Positions 49,598 through 59,434 of a stretch of DNA of 64,000 bases are shown here, one piece after another. Below the pieces are notes generated by a model that had not been told where the DNA came from, did not search any database, and saw only the letters and a program-made list of their open reading frames with translations. Source of the stretch: an uncultured virus (IMG/VR IMGVR_UViG_3300032665_002303) (lineage: Duplodnaviria; Heunggongvirae; Uroviricota; Caudoviricetes). How positions within the stretch are numbered: the first letter of the stretch is position 1; each line of letters begins with the position of its first letter. The stretch lies in the IMG/VR virus record IMGVR_UViG_3300032665_002303. One strand, given 5' to 3'. The position numbers were made by a program, and so were the translations under genes.

Positions 49598-50173
49598 TTA
49601 TTCCGATTGCGGGTGTCGTTTTCGGTATTGTTTTAGTGATCGCCTTAATGCTGTATATACAATTACGAAACTTATCGGAATAGAAAGAGTTAAAACAATA
49701 ACTGTTTCTATTTTATTGTAGTTTTTAGAAACCGGAATAGCATAATCTAACATCTCCTTTAGGTAGTACATTCCTGCTACACCCGTAAATATAGCTACGT
49801 AAATATTTGTTGTCTTAGAAATTTTATTTGTTTCAATTGTTGATTGAATAAGTATTAACTGCTGTTCGGCTGTCTTTTTATCTAAATCTCTTCTCTTTTT
49901 TCTATCTACAAATGTTTCCGTCTTAATAAAAGAAATGCCCTTTAGCGTAATGCTCATTTTTGCGGAATTCTCTATGATTTTCCCATCCTTGTCCAAATCC
50001 GCACTTCCTTCAACCAGGTCTTCAGTGCAGAGGATTGCAAGCACTGTCCCTAAGTCTTCATCGGATATATTTATCCCCTCTTTTTTTAATAATTTTTGAA
50101 AATCAGGAACGTTCCCTTTTAGTAAACTTTTGCGCATTACTGGTAATACCTGGTCGCATTCTTTTTCAAGCAT
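49598..50173 (-). CDS. Hypothetical protein with possible wHTH N-terminus and two C-terminal TM segments
   Basis: ITLKGISF turn motif; two hydrophobic segments. Confidence 0.55.
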   Translation of the reverse strand: MLEKECDQVLPVMRKSLLKGNVPDFQKLLKKEGINISDEDLGTVLAILCTEDLVEGSADLDKDGKIIENSAKMSITLKGISFIKTETFVDRKKRRDLDKKTAEQQLILIQSTIETNKISKTTNIYVAIFTGVAGMYYLKEMLDYAIPVSKNYNKIETVIVLTLSIPISFVIVYTALRRSLKQYRKRHPQSE

Positions 50174-50443
50174 AATATTTGGTTTGGCGGCTTAAACATA
50201 CAAAAACAATTATTACATTTATGCTCAAACAAAATATATCTATGGATAGATCAAAATAAGTATTGCCTCGTATGCTGCCGCTCTAAAACACCACATTAAA
50301 AACGCAGCCTTCGATACAGAGTATGATATGCGATACGCCCCGAAAAGGCGTAACCGTGTCTTTTGTATCGAAGTGGGATGTGGTGTCCCGTGAGCGGCAA
50401 GAGATTTTCGGTTGCGTCTTTTTTATGCTCAAAACACACCAAA

Positions 50444-51199
50444 ATGAAACTAATTTTAATGATTGTTGCTATACTGCTATCTCCATTTATAGCATTCTCC
50501 AAGTTCTCTCAAGTTATTTCTATCTCCGCTAATGATAGTATTAAAAAGGTGGATGGATTTTATCAATATGAAAACGCAGACCTTATAATTAGGTATTCGT
50601 TTTGGGGTGAAAACGGTATCATGGGATTTATGATTTTTAACAAGTCAAATAAGCCGATATATATAGACTGGAAAAAATCAGCAATGATATATAACGGCAA
50701 ATACCTTCCGTATTACACTAATAAAACCATTAGTAACTATGTTGCATACGGGAGCAGTTATGGTAGCCGCTGGGCGAATATATTCAATGGTATATCTTCA
50801 TTTTCAAGCGGCACCATATCTGCTGCAGAAACAGTAGTAAAGGCTGAAAGAACAACATTTATACCTCCCAGAGCATACGTCACAAATGGCTATTACAACC
50901 TCATTAGCAACTTCAATTTTACAATATCCCAAGAAGACAAGGAGCTGACCAAAGTAAATAATAGAGAGGTGTATGTTTCAAAGCCGAGCACGCCTGTTAT
51001 TTTCAGGAATTACATTACCTACTCGGCCAATGAGGATTTTAAATCAGAGAGTAATATTGACAATGAATTTCACATTGGCAGAATACTTACTATGCATCGG
51101 GATGTATTCAAAAATGAAGAAATGGTAGACGAAAGTTGGCAGAAACCCACCAGGTTCTACATAACAGATTTAAAAAGAGGAAACATTTTTGAACAATAA
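50444..51199 (+). CDS. Secreted hypothetical protein
   Basis: Signal peptide MKLILMIVAILLSPFIAFS at ATG 50444. Confidence 0.65.
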   Translation: MKLILMIVAILLSPFIAFSKFSQVISISANDSIKKVDGFYQYENADLIIRYSFWGENGIMGFMIFNKSNKPIYIDWKKSAMIYNGKYLPYYTNKTISNYVAYGSSYGSRWANIFNGISSFSSGTISAAETVVKAERTTFIPPRAYVTNGYYNLISNFNFTISQEDKELTKVNNREVYVSKPSTPVIFRNYITYSANEDFKSESNIDNEFHIGRILTMHRDVFKNEEMVDESWQKPTRFYITDLKRGNIFEQ

Positions 51200-51212
51200 A
51201 AAAAACAAAATC

Positions 51213-51620
51213 ATGAAAAAGATTGTATTTATTATCGCAGTAATTGTATCGTCCTTCACTGCTAATGCGGACGTTTATAAGTTTAAGTGCTTCGAGGATA
51301 TGTTCTATGACCTAAGTTTGCCGAATGGCAAGCAAATGAATTGGCAGTCCGTAGATGTATTAGTTCTTATTAATACCGGAGACAACAAAATTAGGGTGTT
51401 TTCAAACAGCGAATTCAACATCGACATTATAGAATATCTACCCACAGAAACACTCCCGAATGGGGATAAGAGATTAAAATACGTAGGCGTTGATCAGGAT
51501 GGCAAAAAGTGTAACTGTAGCATAACTATATTCCAAGATCAATCCAGCGAGCATATAGCCACCTTGAATATAGAGTATAGTAACTTCATTTATTATTTCA
51601 GATTAAAGAAGAATTCATAA
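51213..51620 (+). CDS. Secreted hypothetical protein
   Basis: Signal peptide MKKIVFIIAVIVSSFTANA. Confidence 0.65.
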   Translation: MKKIVFIIAVIVSSFTANADVYKFKCFEDMFYDLSLPNGKQMNWQSVDVLVLINTGDNKIRVFSNSEFNIDIIEYLPTETLPNGDKRLKYVGVDQDGKKCNCSITIFQDQSSEHIATLNIEYSNFIYYFRLKKNS

Positions 51621-51653
51621 TTGACGTCTACATATATTTCGTAACTTTACTAC

Positions 51654-51806
51654 ATGGCAAAAGAAAAGAAAGACAAGCCAGATCCTAAGTATGCAGAGAG
51701 GGTAAAGATAGATACCGACTTTCATGGTGCTATGAAGCTATTAGCGCACCATGCCAATACTAAGGGGACGAAAAAAGTAACCTACAAGGGGCGCAAGGCG
51801 CAATAA
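51654..51806 (+). CDS. Small basic protein (50 aa)
   Basis: MAKEKKDKPDPKYAERVKIDTDFHGAMKLL...; read manually. Confidence 0.5.
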   Translation: MAKEKKDKPDPKYAERVKIDTDFHGAMKLLAHHANTKGTKKVTYKGRKAQ

Positions 51807-52197
51807 TTCAAAACAGCATGTTTTAGTGAAAGAAGAAAAAGGTGGTATTTAGAAAATAAGGCGAGAGTTTTTGTTTACAACTACAGATGGATAAACTGGG
51901 GGTTGTCCATAGTGGCAATTATTATTTCCATTATAGCCATTATAAGCAAGAATCAATCGCAATTACCAGTCCCGCTACAAGTGCCACAAAACCAATTGCA
52001 ATCCCCCAAACCTGAATTGCAAGCTCTGGTGGACACTGCCCGGAAAAAGAGTATTTTAAAACAGGGAGTAAATCCCTAAAGAAGTTTGAAACGGAAGGGC
52101 GGTCATTGCTGCTGTTGTTATTCATTTTGCTATTGTTTGTGTGTGAACAATGGCATATGTGTGGTTATTTTTAGTTAAATCGAAGCCCTGTGAGAGA

Positions 52198-52540
52198 GCG
52201 CCGGAGGCTCAAAAGAGCATTTTTTGTAACTATAAATAAGCGCATATGTTACTTAGGTCTTTTATATTGATTTTAGAATTTCAGCGACTAGTTCTATTTA
52301 ACATTGCGTCAAATTATAGTTCAAAAAATTCCATTGGAGGCCGCATAGCCTGTTGCAAATATAGTACAAATGTTGAAACTGCAAAATAAATTTGCCCGAT
52401 GCAGGGCGCCGTAGTTGATGATTATTGATGAAGTTAAATCAGGGAACTGAAGCCTGGATTGGTGGGAGAACAAATTATACTTATTTTTGGATGATAATAG
52501 TGATGCCGCCGAACGGAGCGTCGCCACCGCAGCTAAATAG
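52198..52540 (+). repeat. Long direct repeat copy B1 (matches 56085-56427), ending in a short repeat at 52511-52540
   Basis: Near-identical over ~340 nt at offset 3887. Confidence 0.95.
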
Positions 52541-52596
52541 ATCGACAAAAGCTAAGTACAAAAGATTATATTTGTACTCACACAAACAAAGAGCCA

Positions 52597-53259
52597 ATGA
52601 CCACCAGCATACTTAACGACCTACTCCTTCTAAAAAACGAACCCAGAGAGAAGATACAAGAATACCTGCAGTCCATAAACCTACAGATATTCGATCCTAT
52701 CTTTGAAAAGTACATCCAGAATGACCAGGAGGCAAAGCAAATAGTATTATACATAGTATGTGCCTATAGTGAGGATAGCCCATTAATAATACTCCGCCAA
52801 GACAGTAAAGAAGAGAAAGAAGGGATATGTGAGTATTTGCAGATACCGGAATATCTCAGAGGCAACCTGGTAAACTTCGGAGATCAGATAATCAGAAAGG
52901 CCGCGACGCAATATCTCACAAAATTCGCCGGGCCGCTATTTAGATCCTACATGTTCATGAAGATACAGGCTGCAGACTATGAGCTGGATATTACAGACAG
53001 GGCGTTCACTATCACAAAGACAGAAAAAATAGATGGCGGAGAGATAGTGTCAGAAGTATTCGACTCCAAGGAGCATGGAAAGGCCATAGCTGAGTACAAC
53101 CGTTTATGCATACAGATAAATAAAACAGAGTTAGCTATAAGGGCCCAGGTAAAAAGAATGGAAGGAATAGAGGAGATTAAAGAGTTTGCAAGAACAGGAA
53201 AAGAAACAGGAAAATTAAAAGGAGCAAGAGTAGGAAATGTAGAGAATGTTATTGGGTAG
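52597..53259 (+). CDS. Hypothetical phage protein, possible terminase small subunit
   Basis: Helical 220-aa protein; last backbone-like gene before terL and shares its upstream repeat. Confidence 0.35.
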   Translation: MTTSILNDLLLLKNEPREKIQEYLQSINLQIFDPIFEKYIQNDQEAKQIVLYIVCAYSEDSPLIILRQDSKEEKEGICEYLQIPEYLRGNLVNFGDQIIRKAATQYLTKFAGPLFRSYMFMKIQAADYELDITDRAFTITKTEKIDGGEIVSEVFDSKEHGKAIAEYNRLCIQINKTELAIRAQVKRMEGIEEIKEFARTGKETGKLKGARVGNVENVIG

Positions 53260-53606
53260 CTACTTTTTGCAACCAGCACCACCGCCAGATCATCTTCGTT
53301 GCGTCGCACTGTTCAACGCCAGAACAAGAAAAAGGAGGGCGCAACCACCGGTGCTAAATCAAGGAACTGCAGCTAACATGCGCCAGAAATAAAATTTGGT
53401 GGGTAATAAAAAATGAGTATATTTGTTCAATAGAAATTAGTAGCAATTGCAGTAAATTTTATTTTTATGTTACTTAGGTCTTTTAAATTGACCTTAGAAT
53501 AAGCGAGATTAAGTTCTATTTAGCATAAAAAAAACATTTAGTGTCTGTTGCGGTGCTGGAATAGAAACGAAGCCCGATTGATGTTACCAAATCAAAGCAA
53601 GACACG

Positions 53607-53795
53607 ATGACGTTTGATTCAAAAATAATAGATGCCGCAAAGGAAATAGCCGATCCTGCATGGGAGAAATTAAAAGGGCAGCCCAAGGAAGTAAAGCAAC
53701 GCTTTTTCTACGAGTTAGGTGTCAGCATTATGGATGAATACAAGGACGAATATCCGAAAGAGTGGGAATCTCTGTTAGCTATTGGCTATTTGTAG
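53607..53795 (+). CDS. Small hypothetical protein
   Basis: ORF in accessory island. Confidence 0.45.
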   Translation: MTFDSKIIDAAKEIADPAWEKLKGQPKEVKQRFFYELGVSIMDEYKDEYPKEWESLLAIGYL

Positions 53796-54030
53796 GCGAT
53801 TTGCGAAGTTCTTTAATAATTTGTTCCAATGATTCTACTCGTTTGTTGAGTTCTATAATTGGGTTGATGCTGGTGAGTGTATATTGCCTTTTGTCGCAAT
53901 GTGGGCACATGAGATGTATAACTTCAATTTTACTTGCAAATTGAGTGGATTTAAACATATCTAAGGAGTGGGGGAATTTATCTATTTCTTTTCCGCAATC
54001 CTTGCATTTATGTTTTAATTGTTGGCTCAT
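53779..54030 (-). CDS. Small Zn-ribbon protein
   Basis: CKDC...CPHC with coiled-coil C-terminus; start MSQQLKHKC. Confidence 0.5.
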   Translation of the reverse strand: MSQQLKHKCKDCGKEIDKFPHSLDMFKSTQFASKIEVIHLMCPHCDKRQYTLTSINPIIELNKRVESLEQIIKELRKSPTNSQ

Positions 54031-54309
54031 AAAATTTGATTTATTTGTTACAAATATAAAGATAGAAATTCTTAGCAATTGCATGTAGGTTTAACAACCT
54101 GTGTCTGTTGCGGTGCTGGGATGAGATAAAAGCGAAATCAGGGAACGGGACGTTTGTTCTTTAAATTAATGGGTTATGAAAAATCAGGAGACTATGACTT
54201 GTGCGGAAGCGGCACAGAGGTTTGGCTCGGAATTCGCTAAGGATCTTAGCGGGTATGCCGAACATGATATGATAACGATTGGGTTTATAGAGTGGCACTC
54301 ATAGAGTGC

Positions 54310-54546
54310 TTATTTCTTCATCTCATTTTTGTCTATCGCCCTCATGATGCTGATGCGTATTTCATTTTCTTCATCCGAGGTGAGCGGGAAAGCGGCTTGT
54401 TTTCCTTCAATCCAAAAAGAGAAGTGAGCAATTTTAGGTATGGTAGTTTCGACTTTAAAGACGATGTTTCCTTTTCCTCCGATTGACTTTCCGTACTTTA
54501 TAAGTTGGTCTTCTCCTTTTACGTTTACGGTGATTATCTTATCCAT
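54310..54546 (-). CDS. Small hypothetical protein
   Basis: MDKIITVNVKGE... ORF. Confidence 0.45.
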   Translation of the reverse strand: MDKIITVNVKGEDQLIKYGKSIGGKGNIVFKVETTIPKIAHFSFWIEGKQAAFPLTSDEENEIRISIMRAIDKNEMKK

Positions 54547-54902
54547 TGTTTTTATGCAAATATACGAGTTCAATAGTAGCCGTATCGAACGGCTTTCCTT
54601 TTTGGGCTTTGCCCTTGAAGCGGAGCTAAATCAATCAGACGGATTTGTTCTATAATTTTGTCTTATGTTATCCGAAGGACGTGAATAGCGAGGTCGTAAA
54701 TTTTCCTACGACCGAAGATATTTAACAATAAGATCAATTATAGAACCAACATCCGCTTCGTGCGGTGGCCGTTTGTGCGATTGTTTGTGACCTGATACTA
54801 ATTGTGCGCTCCGATAACGGAACTCACTTACGCTAAGTAGCTCATTCGAGGATTGCAGGAAATACGAGGTGGGAATTTACATGTGATACAAAACATGCAC
54901 AC

Positions 54903-55145
54903 ATGACAGTTACCGAAGATATTAAGATAGAGACATTCTCCGATTCTCCAATAACTACTCCTGAGCAAAAAAAGGCGGCATTGCTTGAATATATAGATAT
55001 TCAAACGGACAAGATTGACGCAATGGTGAGGGAATTAAAGGATACCGTAACAAAAGCATTGCTACACCCCGAAAAGGAAATAATTAAAGATTACTTCGCT
55101 GGATGGGAAGGGCAAAAGAATTACACTTATCACGTTAAGGATTAA
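54903..55145 (+). CDS. Small hypothetical protein
   Basis: 80-aa ORF. Confidence 0.45.
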   Translation: MTVTEDIKIETFSDSPITTPEQKKAALLEYIDIQTDKIDAMVRELKDTVTKALLHPEKEIIKDYFAGWEGQKNYTYHVKD

Positions 55146-55369
55146 TCGTTTACAACATCTGCCGCATCGATTAATAAATTCCATGATTTTCCGTCAATAC
55201 TTCTCTCGAAAGGGATTCTAATTCTGCCTCCGGGCATTAATTTGCCATCCTCTCCAAATTCGGGAGCAGAAGAAACGGTTATGATGGCTGTTAAATCTGA
55301 TGTGTGCTTTAGCTTAAGCCCTTGAATACCTTCAATTAGTAAGTCAATAGGTATTTTCATTTTTCTCAT
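55142..55369 (-). CDS. Small hypothetical protein
   Basis: ORF convergent with the previous one; start uncertain. Confidence 0.4.
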   Translation of the reverse strand: MRKMKIPIDLLIEGIQGLKLKHTSDLTAIITVSSAPEFGEDGKLMPGGRIRIPFERSIDGKSWNLLIDAADVVND

Positions 55370-55541
55370 AATATTTACGTTTAAGGTTAGCACTACGAAT
55401 GTAAGTAATAGCTCCGAGCAATCGGGGCTATTTTATTTTGCATATATTTGCAATGCAAAACCAATAGAATAATGCAGGCACTCTGCCATGCAAAATAAAA
55501 AGATTAAAAATGAGTATCGCCCATATGAAGAATTGGCAAAC

Positions 55542-55943
55542 TTAGAAAAGCATTTTAGCAATATCCCCACTCAGACTTTTAAAATCAGGGCAGATAAAGG
55601 CTTGATAAGAATCAGCAGCACAAAGGATGTCCGCAAACTTAGGCAATTCGGTATTTAGTGTTTTTATAGCCCTATCTATGGCGCTGTACGCTATTCTAAC
55701 ATTCAATTCCGTTCTTTGGGCAGATAGCGCCGAAAATATATTTTCAACCGCAAAGAACCCATATTTAGCATTGTGTATAATGAGTTCAAATTTAGGCTCT
55801 ACAATAAAATATTCGGTTCCGTCAACCAAGGCTCTTCCATAATTCAGGAAATAGCTTCCAGCTATTTCTCCTGGCTTAAAGCTAGTTAATTCGACTTCAT
55901 TTGGCAATCCATTTTTTACATTAATTTTGAGATGGTCTAACAT
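55542..55943 (-). CDS. Hypothetical protein
   Basis: ATG 55943 (MLDHLKIN...) preferred; the upstream track extension spans a hairpin. Confidence 0.5.
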   Translation of the reverse strand: MLDHLKINVKNGLPNEVELTSFKPGEIAGSYFLNYGRALVDGTEYFIVEPKFELIIHNAKYGFFAVENIFSALSAQRTELNVRIAYSAIDRAIKTLNTELPKFADILCAADSYQAFICPDFKSLSGDIAKMLF

Positions 55944-56084
55944 GATATTTTGGTTTTGCATCCACAATATATAAATAAAAAAGTAAAGCCCCACAATATT
56001 GTGGGGCTGCGACATTTAAATTGCAAAACCAAAATGCAGCTATTTTAGGACACTAGCGCAAGCCCAATAGAGACTCCGTGTGTG

Positions 56085-56427
56085 GCGCCGGAGGCTCAAA
56101 AGAGCATTTTTTGTAACTATAAATAAGCGCATATGTTATTTAGGTCTTTTAGATTGATTTTAGAATTTTAGCGAATAGTTCTATTTAACATTGCGTCAAA
56201 TTATAGTTCAAAAAATTCCATTGGAGGCCGCATAGCCTGTTGCAAATATAGTACAAATGTTGAAACTGCAAAATAAATTTGCCCGATGCAGGGCGCCGTA
56301 GTTGATGATTATTGATGAAGTAAAATCAAGGAACTGAAGCCCGGATTGGTGGGCCAACAAATTATACTTATTTTTGGATGATAGTAGCGATGTTGTCGAA
56401 CGGAGCGTCGCCACTGAACCCTAATAG
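56085..56427 (+). repeat. Long direct repeat copy B2, ending in a short repeat at 56398-56427
   Basis: Matches 52198-52540. Confidence 0.95.
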
Positions 56428-56451
56428 TAGTACCAAAAGCTAAGTACAAAA

Positions 56452-58758
56452 ATGAATTACCAAGAAGGACAAATACTAACCATCCCCATAGGGAAAGAAG
56501 ATATAGCGGAACATTACTTCCACACCCCGCCTATTCCGCCAAAGAAGCAAATCCTATTCCACGACAAGAAAAAAGAAGATCAATACTGGACCAGGCAAAA
56601 AGACCTGCCCAAGATATTCTACGAATGGCACGAAGAAAAAACACAAGTAGGCATAGGGGTAGAACTGGATGCCAAGAAAACAGAGTACAGCGACACCGGG
56701 GAGCTTGTATCCCTGAGTAAAGTAGACACAGGCATACTATTCGACAAGATGGCCGTAGATGGCAGGGAAGGACTGCAAGAGCGCGAGCACCGAAGGAGAA
56801 CAGAAGGAGTGTGGTTCATGAATAATGGAGAGCCCACCTACCTTACCGGCAATCACTATGCAATACTGCAAAACCTGCCCATGCTGGGGTGCTCTAATGA
56901 CGTAGAGCCCGGCAGCCACTACGGGCAGTATTACCAATTCCAGCGGGATATGGCCTATTACTTTGAGGTATGTAAGAAAGTGGAATACGCCAGAGGTGGG
57001 ATATTCATCAAGCCAAAAAAGACCGGCGCCACCCAGTTTTTCTCATTGGTTGCTCTCAATGAGGCGATGACTAACCGGGAAAAGAATGTCCGCATGATGT
57101 CCATTACCGAAACACTGTGCAGGGAGTCAAACTTCGGGTTTGTAAAATATGCCATGCAGAAAGTGCCGAACATCCTAATGCCCTCCCGTTCAAAGCAGAA
57201 TGAGGGAGAGGTGGTGTTCGGCCCGCCAAATGCATCAAGGAGCCCGCTGAAAAAACGCCGGGATGTGAGTTTTGGGTACCTGAACACATGGCTATGCACG
57301 GTACCAACAACCCGTACTGCCTTCGATACGTTCACAAATCACCTGGCGCTCATAGATGAGTTCCCCAAAATAAAGGAGAATACCTACCCAGAAGAGTTGT
57401 TTCTTGCCACGATGCCTACCGTAATGGAGGGATTTAAACGCAAAGGAACCATATTCGCCCTATCTTACGTGCCGGAGATCACCGACCGCTCATTCTACGA
57501 GGCCCGGCAGCTATACAAGGACAGCAAACTAAAAACAAGGAAGCGTGACGAGAATGGCAACCAATACGGAGAAACCAAAAGCAAGCTCATCTGCCATACC
57601 TTGACCGTACAGGAGGGAATGTTTAGTTGCTGTGATAAATACGGAAAACCCATTGAGAAGAAGATATGGGATGAGATACGCCGAGAACTGGACGACGTAA
57701 AGCACGATCCGGTAAAACTGCAGGCAACAAAAAGGCAGTACCCGGCCAGCGAGGCGGACCCATGGAGCGAAACCAGCAGGGAGGACAGCCTGTTTGATAA
57801 CCTCCGGCTAGGAGAGAAGGCGCAGGAATTAGAGGAACTGCAGTCATTAGGCGCGGCACCATACAAGGACTTCAACCTGGAATATACCGTATTGCCGGTA
57901 AAGGACCTCAAAAGTGAGCGATATAAGTTTGATGGTAATATCCGCATGAAATTTGTCACCGACGAAGAGAAGATGAATGACGCGCCTCACGGAAAATTCA
58001 AGTGGTACCACAAAGACTGGACACCTGACTGGTTCCTACAACGACATCTGAACAAAACAACAGTAGACACAAAGACTGGACGCAGGATGCCCAACCCTAA
58101 TGCCCCATTTTTTATATCCATTGACCCCACCAACTACCGCATAAGGAAAAACACCGGCAAGGGCTCTCTGAACGCCATGCAGGTGTTCTTGCTCCCCAGC
58201 GCGGAGTTAGATGCGCAGCAGGGTAAAAGTGTCAGCAATAGGCGCCTAATGGTTAGCTATCTACACAGGTGCGATAAGCCAAGTGACACCCTTGCGGATA
58301 TGATCAAGTTGATACTTATGTTCGGGTGCATGGTCCAGATAGAGTCAAACGTAAGTACATGGGCCACGCAGCTTATAGAAATGGGCTTAGGAAACTTCGT
58401 GCTCATGGTAAATAAAGACGGAGCAATCGAGCCATGGAAGGACTACGATGCTGGACAGAACTATTTTACCTCCCAGAAATCGCAGATAGACATGTATGTA
58501 GCGGCTGGTGCAGAATTCTTAGGCGCCCCCATGATAGAAGGAGAAGTGGATAACATACAATACCTGGACGACTTAGATGTGGTCCAGCAGTTAATGATGA
58601 TCAAGAAAGAAAACACCACAGAGTATGATGCTGCAGTCGCCTACCTCGAAGGATTAATGGGTATAGATGTATGGCTGGGATGGAAAAGAGCAAACGACAA
58701 CAAAGGAAGAAAGAATGATGAAGGACTACGGCAGTTTGCAATGAACATGCTCCACTAA
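56452..58758 (+). CDS. terL: Terminase large subunit
   Basis: GVWFMNNGEPTYLTGNHY N-terminal motif of crAss/Bacteroidota phage TerL, Walker A-like KPKKTGAT, Walker B LALIDE, nuclease ISIDP. Confidence 0.85.
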   Translation: MNYQEGQILTIPIGKEDIAEHYFHTPPIPPKKQILFHDKKKEDQYWTRQKDLPKIFYEWHEEKTQVGIGVELDAKKTEYSDTGELVSLSKVDTGILFDKMAVDGREGLQEREHRRRTEGVWFMNNGEPTYLTGNHYAILQNLPMLGCSNDVEPGSHYGQYYQFQRDMAYYFEVCKKVEYARGGIFIKPKKTGATQFFSLVALNEAMTNREKNVRMMSITETLCRESNFGFVKYAMQKVPNILMPSRSKQNEGEVVFGPPNASRSPLKKRRDVSFGYLNTWLCTVPTTRTAFDTFTNHLALIDEFPKIKENTYPEELFLATMPTVMEGFKRKGTIFALSYVPEITDRSFYEARQLYKDSKLKTRKRDENGNQYGETKSKLICHTLTVQEGMFSCCDKYGKPIEKKIWDEIRRELDDVKHDPVKLQATKRQYPASEADPWSETSREDSLFDNLRLGEKAQELEELQSLGAAPYKDFNLEYTVLPVKDLKSERYKFDGNIRMKFVTDEEKMNDAPHGKFKWYHKDWTPDWFLQRHLNKTTVDTKTGRRMPNPNAPFFISIDPTNYRIRKNTGKGSLNAMQVFLLPSAELDAQQGKSVSNRRLMVSYLHRCDKPSDTLADMIKLILMFGCMVQIESNVSTWATQLIEMGLGNFVLMVNKDGAIEPWKDYDAGQNYFTSQKSQIDMYVAAGAEFLGAPMIEGEVDNIQYLDDLDVVQQLMMIKKENTTEYDAAVAYLEGLMGIDVWLGWKRANDNKGRKNDEGLRQFAMNMLH

Positions 58759-58894
58759 AAACAATTTTATTGAGCCAGCTATCTCTCTCCGATGGAGCGT
58801 CCGTTGCGACGCTCCATTCATCTTTCTGCCCCTGATGAAAATATTTTAAAATAAATTTGGTGGTTAAATAATTAGTGCTACATTTGTGATAATT

Positions 58895-59077
58895 ATGGCA
58901 GGCGCAAAGAGAAACAACTACCTTAAAGAAAAGCCAACAGAACCCTTCAGGATGAGGTTTAGCGAGAAGTACGCTAAGAAATTAGTGGACAAAATAAATA
59001 AGGTGGCAGAGGATGACGACAGATCATTTCCCGGTGTGATAGAAAGGATATTAGTTCAACATTTTAATTTAAAATAA
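58895..59077 (+). CDS. Arc/ribbon-helix-helix DNA-binding protein
   Basis: PFRMRFS...KINKVAEDDDRSFPGVIERIL pattern; TACATTTG promoter at 58879. Confidence 0.6.
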   Translation: MAGAKRNNYLKEKPTEPFRMRFSEKYAKKLVDKINKVAEDDDRSFPGVIERILVQHFNLK

Positions 59078-59361
59078 TGACTGGTAAATTTTGGTTTATA
59101 TTGACACTTCAGATTGCCGCCGTATTCTTCGTGGCTATATCAATGTCGTTTATTGGTGATTATTTTCACGGATTCTTTGGTGATTATTTTCACAAAATAC
59201 CTGAAAAATGTTGGATAGGAGCAGTATATGAAGCAAATGAGCCACATTGGCACTGGGGATATAGGCATGTGCTGTGGTGTTTTATGGGCGTATTCATATT
59301 TTTAGTTCAGGTGTTTCGCATTGGAGTATTTATATATCGAGAAGCCCAATCAAAGCACTGA
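59077..59361 (+). CDS. Small membrane protein
   Basis: Two TM segments with HWHWGYRH loop. Confidence 0.6.
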   Translation: MTGKFWFILTLQIAAVFFVAISMSFIGDYFHGFFGDYFHKIPEKCWIGAVYEANEPHWHWGYRHVLWCFMGVFIFLVQVFRIGVFIYREAQSKH

Positions 59362-59434
59362 ACGATCAACGGAGCGTCGCAACGATGCTAAATAGTGGCA
59401 AAAAACCTGACAAACAAAACCTAAAAATAGAGAA

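Larger units (their letters stand above)
58802..59395. repeat. Inverted repeat pair G (reverse 58802-58819, forward 59367-59395)
   Basis: CGTTGCGACGCTCCATTC ... CAACGGAGCGTCGCAACGATGCTAAATAG. Confidence 0.85.

Noticed and set aside
52321..52548. Paralogous minus-strand ORFs 52321-52548 and 56208-56414
   Set aside because: They arise from the long direct repeat and start inside the short repeat. I see no independent coding evidence, though a small peptide cannot be excluded.
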